The position numbers and the translations under genes are program-made. A DNA stretch of 63,003 nt, filler included, from Folioceros fuciformis (taxonomy: Eukaryota): NCBI GenBank assembly GCA_049999805.1. It is 3 parts of 3 records of this genome, joined end to end, with 100 filler letters (N's around TTAATTAATTAA, not from the genome) between each part and the next. Parts side by side here need not be neighbours in the genome. Positions count along the whole stretch, not along the records: positions 1 to 19,560 come from JBNGIO010003094.1; positions 19,661 to 51,148 come from JBNGIO010003096.1; 1 more part is not named here. One strand, written 5' to 3'. Position 1 is the first letter of the stretch. Every line of letters begins with the position of its first letter. Below, piece by piece: positions 11,741 to 24,267 of this stretch. The notes beneath the pieces are model-generated. The model worked only from the letters and a program-made list of their open reading frames with translations, did no database searches and was not told where the DNA came from.

Positions 11741-13399
11741 GAGAGTTTTTTGGGATCATGAACAACACTCTCAATTGGCTATGACTTGTAAAAAGGGGTG
11801 GAGATGCCGAATCAGTTAAGCGTATGCATGAGTTTCCTTCAGTTCATGTGTAATTTAACATAGTAAATATTATGATTGTATGAGAAGATTGTACATAAGA
11901 GAGTTCTCTTCATGTACGAGAGCTTAAATAAATAGGATCTAAGCCACTTGTGTCAAGTATGGCATGGAATCTTTAAAAACATCTAAGCCTTGGGAGTCAG
12001 CCACATTTTGATTATTACTGAATATGATTATATCATTATACATGATCATTATTGAATGTGACTATAAAATTCTATTTGGTCCTAGGAACACAACAAGACC
12101 TTTGTAGGAGAGGTATTAATAGTAAATAAGCTAGGAGAGATATTAATAGTAAATAAGCTACAATAGTAGGAGCATGAAGAAACATAGCCAGTGTATAACA
12201 TAGTAATAAGAGTATAATACAATAATAGGCATACAACACAATAACACCATAACCCCAAGAGAGACCTTTATATGGGTTAGTAGTTGAACATACTTATATT
12301 CAACTACTAGCTTTAAAATAACTATTAACTTATAGATATGGAGATATCTCTCTATAACTATAAAGATTTAAGTTTTGGGTAATTAAAAATATTTTTTGAA
12401 AAAATCATCAAGTAGTTTTGTATAGAAATACAAAACATTTCTAAGGCATGCCTTGGCTCATTGAGACCTTGTTAACCTAGGCTTGTTATAGAAATGTGCC
12501 TTCTGTGTGTGGTCATGAATATGTCTTTCCTTGTGTGGCAATGAATAGGCCTTTCCTTCTTTATGCAATAACACCATGACTATGTTTTATTTCCCATTCT
12601 TAGCAGGTGGGGACCTATGTCGGCACTAAGCATCTATCCTTTTAGTCCATGAAAGCTCTCTTAACAAATCTTTGTCAAATAATACTTCTTTGGTCATCTC
12701 AAGGCCGGATTAAGCCACAGCTTGGGCATATAATCTTGGAAATCACTTCCACTATTCTACAAGGGCAAAACTAGTACCATTCTTCAGAATTATAATAATA
12801 TTCTTTTGGTCCACTTAAAAGGCAACCCACCAAGCACTTTATTGTATACTGATGTATGATGGCAAACTTGTCAACTCTTTCTTGAGATGTGTCACCATGT
12901 CTATAGATTTTACGTTGGTGGATAGCCCTTCTTATGTCACGTAAAAGTGCCTAGAGAGGTGAAACACTTAGTTTTATCCCAATCTAGATTTGCATTCTCT
13001 TGAATGCTTTCTTTTGAAAGCATCTTTGTGAAGGTGCTTTCTCGTGCACGCACACATTCTCTTATTGGAAATCTAAATAAGGTGTGTGTGTGTGCGTGCG
13101 CGTGTGGAAGAGCACGTGAGCCGATTGTGGATTTGAGACTCCAACCTATGGCTCTAAGAAGTGTGGATACAAGTGGTGGAGATTCTTGTGATGTTTGAAG
13201 AAAGCAAATGCCTCACTTTTACAAGCTTATAGCTGAAGCATGTTCCTGCACGAATGTGAGCTGCTTAAACACTAGATTTAAGCTTGAAAGTTGGAGTTGT
13301 GGCAAGCTTGTTGCAAGATACAAGCTGCTGAAATTATAAATGTATGTAAGCTTGTTGGAAGATAGAGCTATTGGAAGATAACTGAAGCACTCACATTGT

Positions 13400-13470
13400 G
13401 AGTTTAGATGAGCTTGCTGACATTGTAAGTTTAGATGAGCTTGCTGACATTGTAAGTTTAGATGAGCTTG
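13400..13470. repeat. 27-bp tandem repeat GTTTAGATGAGCTTGCTGACATTGTAA, about 2.5 copies
   Basis: Direct reading of the sequence. Confidence 0.9.
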
Positions 13471-13992
13471 TTGGAAGATAGAGAACACAAGTGAAGAGCT
13501 TAGGCAAAGGAGGTCAGCATCTACAAGTAGGACTGCATTAAAGCCTAGGTAAAGCTAGCAAATAGTCAATAAACAATGTTTGGGCATGCATGTTTCAATG
13601 AAGTGAAAAACTATCTTAAGGACAAGGACAACAAGGAAAAGGGATAATTTCAATGTGGAGGACATCTAAAGATCGTAAGCTATAATAGTTGTGCTAGGCA
13701 ATGCATCTGATTAGGCCATGAAAGCGTCTAAGTCACTTAAAGTTGTAAGGTTCTCTAAGAATATTTTTTATGAACTTTGTGAGTTACACTCGTGTAGTGG
13801 GCTGTCAGATATTTTTCTTGTTTGCATGAAACAACAACTAAACATTGTGCAAAACGATGAGAGCCAAGCTGGGTTGAAACTATTAGGTAGGCCGTATTGA
13901 GGTAATCATAATTTCCATGGATGGTTTCATCAAACTAGCTTGCCAACCACATTAAGTTGTCCATGGTTTCTATCTAGAGGAGCTCGCCTTGC

Positions 13993-14102
13993 TCCTCTCT
14001 CATCCATGTTTCACAAGGTAGTGATTGGCCCTTCATGTTAAAGATCATCCTCTCTCATCCATGTTTCACAAGGTAGTGATTGGCCCTTCATGTTAAAGAT
14101 CA
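13993..14102. repeat. Perfect 55-bp tandem duplication
   Basis: 13993-14047 is identical to 14048-14102. Confidence 0.95.
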
Positions 14103-14876
14103 TCATGAGGCATACTTAAGAGACATACGTCTACATCTCCATACTTAATTAAATATAAGCGGTGTTGAAGCATTCCATAACTAGGATGTGGTGTGAATGC
14201 ATTATTTCGACAATTAAAAGGTAAAGTATGCTTTCAGCATAGATCACTTGCAGAACACAATGAAATCAGGAGATGGTATGAGAAGCGATCCAAATACAGA
14301 AGATGTCCAAAATGAATGGAAGGGGCAAGTACATGACATCTGAAACAAATGGAAAGCATATCTCTGCACCAACCGGTAACAAATGTATGGTCGGAGCAGA
14401 AGTAGCCGCCTGTCAGAAAGGGCAATGAACTGGCAGAGTGCGTGCATATCCAGTTCTAGTATGCTTGTAGAAGCTGTACATTTTGCTCGTCTGTCAGAAT
14501 CGGAATCAAAGAACGTTACCTGACAGGCTGGGGAACTGGTGAACCTAAATAGTAACTTGTCCTCAACCCCGGTTCTATGTTTGTTTTATCTACTTTCCTA
14601 CAGCTGCTATCAGAGGACATTCGAGAGTTGCAGCTAGTGTGGATGCTGCGTATCTGCACACATTACATGCCTGCAGAGTCTGGTGTGACGCCTTTGGATC
14701 GGTCAGAGGGGACAACAAATCTGTTATTCAGTCCCCGATGTAGTTAGGTTGATGGGCTTGATCAAGTACTGGTGAGTCGGAGACAGGGACTAGCATGAAT
14801 GCAGGAGGATGTTACGATCTTCGACAAATAACCTGTGCGCTGCTATAGCCTGCCTTTGTCTCTGCGCCAGCTAAAG

Positions 14877-17800
14877 TCACTGGTACTGACTCAACTCATG
14901 GCTGCTGGTGCGGCTGATTACCGGAGAGCTAAACCGCATGGACAATGCTCCCCTGTGGGAGGGGATAAAATTGTCGACCTGATTTCCATTTCCGTTGTGG
15001 CGCTCTTCGCCCTCCCCAGAACCTCTGCCCATGGAAAATATGTCTTCCCTCGACTGATAGTCCGCTTGTCTGGGACTACCTTCAGGCGTGCGGCTAGGAG
15101 TGTGCCGAAACTTGTCGCTGTTGTTTCGTGCCTCCAGGACCAGGCCATTAACGACGTTGGACCTGGTGTGTAGACCATTTGGCGACCTCGACAGATTCCT
15201 GTATCCGTCACCACCCGCGAACCCTCCTCCCCCTGCTTGGGTTCCGAAAGGTCGAACCTGAGAGCTACCATAACCTCCACTTGGTGGAGTCATGGTCCCT
15301 GGGGTTACACCACCAGAGTAGAGGTTCCCAGGCGGCCGCTGTTGGTATTGATGACTGGTTCCTAGTGCCCTTGGGGACTCACTGCACATAAAACAGGAAC
15401 ACAGTCAAAAACGACTTGAAGACGCAGCACTAAACTCAGGCAACACAGGGTAGGGTATCAAGGATCAAACCTTGAAAAGGCCTCTCCAGATCTTCCTCTC
15501 AAACTTTGAGCAGAACTATCAACGTCGTAGGAAAATACTCTTCTGTGCCCAGGCCCCCTCCCTACATTCTGCAGGCAAAGACAGATCATAAGGCTGACAC
15601 AAAACTCTGGGCTCTGGCATCCAGACATGAGGTCAAGCAGTCAAACCAAAACTTACCAATGGTCTCATTGACGTGGTTAGTGCCCCTACATGGTCTGCTC
15701 CAGCTACCTGATCATCTGGTCGGAACATCACACTGCTAATTTGGTCATCAGCTTTCCTCAAAAACGGATGCTCCAACAGTTGGCTAGCAGTCGGTCTCTC
15801 AGCAGGATTCCTTTGGAGACAAGCTCGAATGAAGTCTTTCGCCTCATCAGACAAAAAATCCGGGATCTGAGGAAGATCCTTCGTGTGCCCTATCTTAAAC
15901 ATGGCTGCCACCTGTATCCACAAGAACAAAGGAAAAGTCTGTTCAATACAACTGGTCCACAGATGATTCACAAACGGCAAAACGTGCTAGATAGGATTCA
16001 CTGACCCCTTCATACTGACTCCACGGCGGTTTTGCTGTTGCCATCTCGATGACGGTACAGCCCAGACTCCAAATATCTACAGCCAGATCATGACCTCGGA
16101 CACTGGATTGTGGGTTGACAACCTGAAGTAGCCCACAAAAAGTAAGTGGGACTACACTCAAGTGCATGAATCGGCCATGCACTTTGCCAAGCAGCCAACT
16201 ACGAGCAAACGTACCTCAGGAGCCATCCAATATGCTGTGCCCTTCACGGAGTGAGTTGACTGGTACCGAGAAATCTGCATTACCAAATTCAGAGTCAGTA
16301 GTCGTCCTTCAACAGTAACACATGGAATCAAAAAACCACAATTGTTCCCTGTAAATTACGGGCTAGAGAAGTTTGGTCACTACGCATACATGTTTGGCCA
16401 TTCCAAAATCAGCAACCTTGACTTGCCCCTCATTGTTTACAAGAATGTTTGCTCCCTTGATATCCCTGCAGCAGGCACCAGGGAATTCTTCAATTGACGG
16501 TCATAAGGCATCCTAAGACGACAACCAAACACGTAGGGGCCACGTTGTATAGTACCTGTGGACAGTGTTCATACTGTGAAGGAAAGATAGGCCCGCAAGT
16601 ATCTGGCGAGTATAGTTGCGGATTAAAGGTTCCTTGAATGCACCATAGTCATGAAGTAGCTTGTGAATAGAACCTCCTGAGACATACTCCAAATATATGT
16701 ACAGCTTGTCTTCAAACTGAAAAGAGATAAAACACATGAGTTCTTCATACTTGGAAAAGTCACCAACATGATGGAAAGTAAGAACAATGGAGAAGCTCTG
16801 ACCGACGGAAAACACTTCAAACAGTGGACAACTTACAGAGTCACTTGAATAGTACTGCACAATATTTGGATGCTGAAACCGACTCAACATGGCTATTTCC
16901 TGGACGCACAAGAGAGTTTCAGAATCAACCCCCAGGAAATACACAGCTAGCGGCGGTTCCAAGGGCAACATACAAAGATTGGCCATCTCAAAGAGAAAGC
17001 CAGCGTATGCTGTCGCAACAAAATGCATCATGAAATATTTACTTTACAACCAAACTGAACTTTCCTCCTCAACTACTCCTCGTACCTGCTCTAATTGCTT
17101 TACACTTTCCCTTGACTTGCTGTCATCAGACACAAGCAGAACCTCCTTCATCGCACAAGATTTACCACTATGGCTGCCAAGAAGAATTTATATTAGCACC
17201 ATCCAAACATACAGTATGACCTTGACAGGCTGCAACAGAAACCACAAAAAAAAGGAAATCAGCTAGACAACGGGCTGGAGGAAACAGGGATTTCGTTTTA
17301 AGTAGAAAACATCGGCCTAGTTCTATGTATCATCAGAGGAAGAGCATCACACCTGTTAAAACCTTTGTAGACATTACCAAATGTCCCACTCCCAATCAAC
17401 TGCCCCTTTTTCCATTCATTCGGAATAGGTTCAGCCCTAGCACCTTCTGCTCGAGCTGGCCGAGGCGACTGCGCCATTGATACATACTGAGTTGGATGGG
17501 CAAAAGGAGGGGCGTTGGTATAAGCTGGTGGAGGTAGAGGTAGAGGATGTGCCATCATCATTCTCTCATCAGGCCAACCGGGTGAATCGGAGCCCCTCCC
17601 ACCGACAACGGGGTGCAAAGGAGAGACTGTAGCACTCTGACCTCGTGAACTTGGACCTGGACTCCGGAGTCTTGGACTTAGGATGGGAGATCTCTCTGGG
17701 CTGGTTTTCTGCCAGACAAAGTGATCTCCAACTGAGGAATTATGACCAGAGTTGTAGACCGAGCCCGGATTAGAGCCGAGGGCTTCTGTGCTCTTGGAGT

Positions 17801-18822
17801 GCACATAAGCAGTTAGAGCTCCCTGGTCTTGATGTGTGAGCCTCCTCGGACTGCGAGAGGGACTCGACATGGAACTGTCAGGTGCGCTAAGCAAACCATT
17901 CACATGCGGTATATGCAGGGGAGGAAGCTCGCCAGGTCGCCTTGAAGAAGTGACTGCCGGCTGCCCACCCAGATGAGGACTGGCAGGGCGGGATAGATCA
18001 ACCCGGGAATTCCTTCTGCTGTGCTTCGGAGTAGGCTGAACAGAGCCTCCTTGCTGAGTTCTGAATACCAGAAAGAGAACAGCGATTATCACTTGAAGGC
18101 GGGATTCAATACGAGGAAGTAGATTTCCACGCAAGGTACAGTGGCAACGGCAACCATTTTCAAAGTAACCACAGCACACCACCATCCTGGACTAAACTGC
18201 AAGACAAGCAGCAACCGAAAGTAAAGAGCAAACGACGGAATCCTGAGTCTTACGGGAATGGTCGTGCAGCATCGATCATCTCCCCATCTTGGGGTGGCCT
18301 CAGGTTCGAGATGCGATTAGACACACCAAGCGTCCATGCTTCAGCACCCATTTGGTCACCACTGGCTACTGAGCTGACACTAGAACCCGAACCCGAACCA
18401 CAACCAGAAGTCAAACCGTCAGCATCCACAGGCTCCAATTTGGCCGCCAACTGCGGATAGGAATGCGAAGGCATGGAAGATCCATGCTGAGGAAAGTAAC
18501 CAAGTTGCACGTGCAGTGGGACCTGCGACGAAAATTGCACACCAGAATGTGTCCTTCCCAAAGGAGGAGCACACGGCAAGGGCAGAGGGGTTCCATGCGA
18601 GGGACGATCTCTAAAACTAGGAGAGCGTGTAGCTGGGGTAGGAGGAGAAGGCGACCTGGGTGACTCGGCTTCAGACGGCAGTTCTAAGCTCTGCCTAGAC
18701 CTTCTAGAACTACCATCGTCCTCCGATTGACTATGCTTGGTTCTGCTTCTCAATATCTTGGGGAGACGAGTGAGAGAGCCATCAGCCTTGGGCTCCTTCG
18801 GAGACTTCTGCCACCAGGGCAT
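14877..18822 (-). CDS. YDA: YODA-like MEKK-type MAP kinase kinase kinase; 11 exons (18822-18254, 18060-17353, 17173-17086, 16899-16837, 16716-16556, 16465-16390, 16274-16215, 16122-16006, 15911-15657, 15568-15471, 15381-14877)
   Basis: Starts MPWW. The long Ser/Pro-rich N-terminus has PLPLP motifs. Kinase motifs [75 protein letters not shown] and VAAMFKIG are all joined in frame. Confidence 0.92.
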
Positions 18823-19560
18823 TTTTGGGTTCCACAGTACCTGGCACTCAACCTAATGCTACGCCCCACACTTCAGCTCCAACATCCTTACTTCCTTCCT
18901 CGCGGACCATGCATACACCAGCTCATAAACATCTAAGCCCCTGCCAACTCCTGCCAAGTCAGGCACCCGAACTCTAAACCTACAAGCCCTGCACGATGAA
19001 CCCTCGTCCTGTGCAAAAAGCACGCGATCGAATCCATGCCCTCATCGTCTCAGTCCATCTCCCATCCTGACCCCTGTCCACTGCATTCCTCCCACAATTA
19101 CTCCACAATGTGTCTCCGCTCTTCATATCCTCAACCTATCAAAATCGACGCGACATCACCATCGCCTACCACCTCCACCATACACACATCGCCCCTCCAA
19201 GTCGTAGGCCCTAACCTCCAAATGCGCGCAACTTCATCGCTCTGACCCTTCCACAGTCCCCAAAATGGCACTCCCAGAAAAGGCCGTAGTCCAGCCTCCG
19301 ACCTCTCCAGCACATTATCTCCACCAAACCCACCATCCTCCAAAAGCCCAAAACCCGATCCCCCGTCCTCCACACCCTAACCCGACCAATGCCAGCACGG
19401 CAGCTCACACCACGGCAAAACCACTCACCGTCTTCACCTCCTTCCCCGTCCCAAACCCAAATTCAAAATCCTCCTGCCTACAACTACAAACCCAACGTCC
19501 GTCTTTCCTCTCTTTCTCCCTCCTGCCCACCACCTACCCCCCACTGCCTAAGCGAATTAA

Positions 19561-19660
19561 NNNNNNNNNNNNNNNNNNNNNNNNNNNNNNNNNNNNNNNN
19601 NNNNTTAATTAATTAANNNNNNNNNNNNNNNNNNNNNNNNNNNNNNNNNNNNNNNNNNNN
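19561..19660. other. Assembly gap spacer (44 N + TTAATTAATTAA + 44 N)
   Basis: Exactly 100 nt with a six-frame stop linker; the same structure occurs at 51149. Confidence 0.97.
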
Positions 19661-20024
19661 GTCGTCGAGCTCATCGTGCTTCTCTTCGTTTCAAAGTCGT
19701 CGAGCTCGTCGTGTTTCTCTTCATTATTCTCGTTTTGGAAATGCTTCACCCACAAGTACGGCTCAAAATTTATCTCAAGCTAGGCATAAGGACCATGTAG
19801 TTAGCACATTTTCAAGCCCCCATGCATACCTTAGTCTACTTTACCTTTGCTGATTTCGTGGATGTGGATATGGAAGGGCACGAGGATGGGAATGGGAATG
19901 AGGAGAGCAAGGTTTTAAGTGTTGGTGAATACCTACTAAGGAAGATAAAAAATACGGGCAACAAAAGTTGGTTTTTCCATAAAACCCTAAATCTATGGAG
20001 AAACTTGTTTTAGAAGGAGCGATA

Positions 20025-20450
20025 GTTTAGGCATTAGGGGTAGACTCTTGTGAACAAAAATGAATAAGAAGGGTACTAATCGTACACTCTTATGCACATG
20101 GGAATATAGAATAGGGTAGTGACTAAGGGTACACTCTTGTGTACAAGGGTGAATAAGATGGGTATTAAGGGTAGGCTCTTATGTACGAGAGTCAATAGGG
20201 CAAGCATTAGGGGTAGACTCTTGTGCACAAGAATGAATTGATAAAGGATTAGGAGTCAAGTCTTGTACACAAAATGAATAGGATAGGCATTAGGGGTAAT
20301 CTCTTTTCCAAAGAAGTGAGTAGGATAGATGTTAGGGGTAGGCTCTTGTGCACAAAAGAGAATAGAATAGACATAAAGGGTAGACTCCTATAGGGTACAT
20401 GTTACAGATGGATACTCTTGTGCACAAGAGTGAATAAGATAGGCATAAAG
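20025..20450. repeat. Degenerate tandem repeat of about 43 bp (GCATTAGGGGTAGACTCTTGTGCACAAGAATGAATAAGATAG)
   Basis: The core GTAGACTCTTGTG or a variant recurs at about 20040, 20082, 20128, 20171, 20213 and onward. Confidence 0.88.
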
Positions 20451-21067
20451 AGGGGCATTAAGTGTAGAGTAACAACATAAAAGGATGTACAAGGTCAAAC
20501 AAAGGGTGTGACCTTTTATGAAATGATATGCTTCCAACCATCAAATAAATGGTAAGTAATGAAATTAGGTTTGGTTAGTATTAATTAGGTTAACTAACTA
20601 GATATTATAACAGGAGTGTCTATACTCAAAGGACAGCCATAAAAATTGTGTTTGTTTCCTGCCCCCATATTTCCTGAGCTTTCTATCTAGGGTCACCCTA
20701 TATTACACAAAGAAAATAAAACTACGATATGGTATTTAACTTTTTTTAAGATATTTATAAATTCTTAAATACAAGACATGAAATTGATATGAATTGTTTG
20801 CATTGTAATTTTCCCGTGGGGTATTGTCTATGGCTGCCACTTACTAGAGCCAGTGGTGTTGCCACATCCAAGACTTAGCCTTGCCTACAGGTAGAGCAGG
20901 ACCTCGGGCACAAGGGAGGATCATCCTCCCTGCCCACTTCGGTATGCGATAGAGGCATGTAAATACAGTACATACATATGTACGTATCGATCTAGCTATC
21001 AACCTACTTAATGTGCCTCATTTTTGGAGATCGGTCTTTGTGAAATGGCCACGGTATGGTCACTTGA

Positions 21068-23653
21068 ATGGTCATGGATAGAGCAGGAGGTTGTCGGGTT
21101 TACAGCGATTGTACGAGCCGTTCCCGCTCACCTCACTTCAAGGACTCAACCCCTGGGAGACAATCAGTCCTTCAGTGCAGCAGTGTAACTATCCAAGCAG
21201 CTCAACTTCAGAAAAGACCTGTTGGTGAGGATGGACTTTCCACCGATCGTCGTTGCTATGAGCAGGAGCTCCTGTGGCAACAATTCTTTCTGGAACCTAC
21301 CATGTGGTGGGACAACAGACGAGATAAGAAGAGCTCCCGCTCGCCTGACTTCCGGCGTAAAGGATCTCGAGAGGTCCTCTGGTTAAACAGTTTGTTCAAG
21401 CCAGCTTGGGTGAATGAGAAGCTCGTTTCTTGGGATGTCCAGATGGGTCATGGTGCCTCTCCTTCTGAATGGAGCTTTGCAGGTAGGCCCGGGCATGGCA
21501 GGCGTGCAGAATCGGAAGTGAGCGCCGTAACTCCAGCAACCGTGAGCGAGTTATGTCAGCAGGGGAAGCTTACTGAAGCCGTTGGAGCGTTGGAAGCTCT
21601 AGCGACAGCAGACTGTCCTATTTCTGTGTCTGTGTTTTACACTGTGCTAAAACTGTGTACAGCTAAGGGGGATCTGGTTGCAGGGCAACAAGTGCATGAT
21701 CTCACTGTCAAACTCGGGTACCAGTCCAATACATTCTTAGGGAACCATATCTTGCGCATGTATGCATGTGGAGGATGGCTACAGGAGGCGATGGACGTGT
21801 TCACCAGGGTAGGCACACCAGATGCTTTCATGTGGGGCTCCATAATCTCCGCACATGCTAAACATGGGAAGCCTAACGAGGCCATACAATTGTACCATCA
21901 GATGCGTAGGTCAGGTGTGAAGAAGGATGCGCACGTCTTTGTAGCAGCACTCCAAGCGTGTGCACTCGCCGCCGACTTGGAATCTGGCAGCCAAGTGCAC
22001 CAGGATTTTCTTCAGAGTGGCATTCCTCCTAACTTGTTTGTTGGCACCTGCTTGGTGGACATGTATGCAAAATGTGGCGAACTGCAAGATGCACGCCGGG
22101 CCTTTGACAGTTTAGCCGCGAAAAATATAGCCGCATGGACAGCCCTGATCGGTGGGTATGCTCAGCAAGGGCTCGGTCAAGAGGCGCTTGTTCTATATGG
22201 GCAAATGGAGCAGGAGGGTCTGTTTGTGGGTAACGCTCTTACTTTTGCTTGCCTTCTGAAGGCCTGTGCCAGCACTGGTGCCATACATAAGGGCCGGCAG
22301 CTGCACTCGCAGATTGTGGAAAGTGGGCAGCTGGATAACATCGTGTTGGGTAACTGCCTGGTGGACATGTATGCGAAATGTGGCAAACTGAACGATGCAC
22401 TCCACGTTTTCGACAGCTTGCCCAGAAAGGACGTGGTGACATGGAATGCCCTGATTTCGGGATATGCACGGCAAGGGCTTGAGGAAGAAGCGCTTGTTGT
22501 GTATGGTCTAATGGAGCGGGAGAGTCTGATAGTGGCTGATCATGTTACTTTTGCTTGCCTTCTGAAGGCCTGCGCAAGTGCGGGTGCCATACAGATGGGC
22601 AAGCACCTGCACTCACAGATTGTTGAAAGAGGACTGCTAGATAACATAATGCTGGGTACCTGCCTGGTGGACATGTACGCCAAATGTGGCGATCTGAAAG
22701 AGGCACGCCAGGTTTTTGACAGCTTGACCTCAAAAAATGTGGTGACATGGACGGTGCTGATAGCTGGGTGTGGGACTTGTGATGATGGTCACAAGGGACT
22801 GGCTTATTTTGAGGAGATGTTAGTCGCTGGTGTTCAGCCGGATGATGCTACTTTCACTTGTCTTTTAGTAGCATGCAGTCATGGGGGACTCGTGGATGAG
22901 GGTCGGAAGCTCTTTAGTTCTATGGCTGAACACCACGGCATCAAACCCACTATGGAGCACTACACTTGCATGGTCGATCTTCTTGGGCGTGCAGGCCATT
23001 TAGACGAGGCAGAGAACATGCTGTCCTCATGTGGGAGCCAAAGCAATGTTGTGGGATTGACGTCTTTACTGAACGCTAGCAAGAGTCACGGGGATGTAGA
23101 GAGAGCGACACGGTGTTTTGAAAGGCTCGTTAGACTGGAGCCTCAACGTGCGTCGGCATATGTGCTCATGGCCAATGCCTATGCAGATGCAGGTAGGTGG
23201 GCCGATGCAGAGAGGATCGAAACACAGAGGACGGTAGCAGGAGCTTACAAGAAACCTGCATTAGCAAGCATTGAGGTGGAAAAGCGGGTGCATACATTCG
23301 CGGTGGGAGAAAACAGAGATGATATTGCGCTGGGGGTGGAAAGCATAAATTCGCGTCTGAAGCAGGAAGGAGGCCACGTACCACACACGAAGTTGGTGTT
23401 GAGGCCTCTGTGTGAGAAGGAAAAGGAAGATGTGCTTTGCGGGCATGCTGAAAAGCTGGCTCTGGCTTTTGGTCTTCTGAACACTCCAAGTGGAACGCCT
23501 CTGCTGGTAACGAAGAATCTACGCATGTGCAGTGACTGCCACACTTCCACGGAGATTATGTCAAGGGTTGAAAAGAGGGTCATCGTTGTAAGGGATGGAT
23601 ATCGTGCACATCGATTCTCCGCCGGTTTTTGCAGCTGTAAGGGCCGACCGTGA
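21068..23653 (+). CDS. PLS-class PPR protein with E1-E2 and GRP-type DYW:KP deaminase-like domain (candidate U-to-C organellar RNA editing factor), with N-terminal OSB-like PDF motif
   Basis: Intronless 861-aa frame: (L-S-P)x3-L-S-P2-L2-S2-E1-E2, then KKPALASIEV...CGHAEKLA...NLRMCSDCH...CSCKGRP. KP box, HAE and terminal GRP replace the canonical PG box, HSE and DYW. The N-terminus has WWDNRRDKKSSRSPDFRRKGSREVLWL. An upstream exon carrying a targeting peptide cannot be excluded. Confidence 0.93.
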   Translation: MVMDRAGGCRVYSDCTSRSRSPHFKDSTPGRQSVLQCSSVTIQAAQLQKRPVGEDGLSTDRRCYEQELLWQQFFLEPTMWWDNRRDKKSSRSPDFRRKGSREVLWLNSLFKPAWVNEKLVSWDVQMGHGASPSEWSFAGRPGHGRRAESEVSAVTPATVSELCQQGKLTEAVGALEALATADCPISVSVFYTVLKLCTAKGDLVAGQQVHDLTVKLGYQSNTFLGNHILRMYACGGWLQEAMDVFTRVGTPDAFMWGSIISAHAKHGKPNEAIQLYHQMRRSGVKKDAHVFVAALQACALAADLESGSQVHQDFLQSGIPPNLFVGTCLVDMYAKCGELQDARRAFDSLAAKNIAAWTALIGGYAQQGLGQEALVLYGQMEQEGLFVGNALTFACLLKACASTGAIHKGRQLHSQIVESGQLDNIVLGNCLVDMYAKCGKLNDALHVFDSLPRKDVVTWNALISGYARQGLEEEALVVYGLMERESLIVADHVTFACLLKACASAGAIQMGKHLHSQIVERGLLDNIMLGTCLVDMYAKCGDLKEARQVFDSLTSKNVVTWTVLIAGCGTCDDGHKGLAYFEEMLVAGVQPDDATFTCLLVACSHGGLVDEGRKLFSSMAEHHGIKPTMEHYTCMVDLLGRAGHLDEAENMLSSCGSQSNVVGLTSLLNASKSHGDVERATRCFERLVRLEPQRASAYVLMANAYADAGRWADAERIETQRTVAGAYKKPALASIEVEKRVHTFAVGENRDDIALGVESINSRLKQEGGHVPHTKLVLRPLCEKEKEDVLCGHAEKLALAFGLLNTPSGTPLLVTKNLRMCSDCHTSTEIMSRVEKRVIVVRDGYRAHRFSAGFCSCKGRP

Positions 23654-24267
23654 GCGCGAAGAACTAGAACGACAAAGCGGGGGGCCTGGTAAGGCGAACT
23701 GTTCCGTTTCACGCGGAATTGGCGCTGTAAGACTGAGACTGTGAACCGTGAGCACTAGAGCAACTAACTGATAGGCGGCGCCTGGGGCCGACGGTCGGGT
23801 AGATACGTATCCCTGTAATGCACTGTACTGTAACATCTTCTCCAGCACTCTCGAGGGGTAGTGCAGTGCCCGCTGTATTGCGAGTCTTGTAGCAGACGCA
23901 GCTTCAAGTCGTTGGGCACAATGCGACACAATTGCCCTTGTCATTAAGTCACTTCATTTCTCCCTTCGCCGTGCTGTGCTAGCACGTCAGATGCCCTATG
24001 GTATAACCCCTTGCAAAAGAACAGACACCGACCCGATTGCTTGCAGTTCGGTAACAAGGATTTTCGATGTTTTCTCATAACTCAACCAGGAGAAGAATTA
24101 GTCAACTTTGATCGGGATGTCCCATGTAGTGTGACTGTGTGCCTGACCTCAAAATCAGGGCAAGAGGATGCCGGGAGCAATCTGGGAGGAGACCCTCAGA
24201 GTTTGAAAAAACTTGTCACCATGACGCATACAGGCAGGCATGTGAACACCTAGGCAGTAAACTAGTC

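Noticed and set aside
12480-12960. Possible decayed coding sequence in the AT-rich block
   Set aside because: Many stops and no motif I could assign.
19605-19616. TTAATTAATTAA palindrome inside N runs (also 51193-51204)
   Set aside because: Artificial six-frame-stop linker in a fixed 100-nt scaffolding spacer; not biological. Adjacency across these gaps is unverified.
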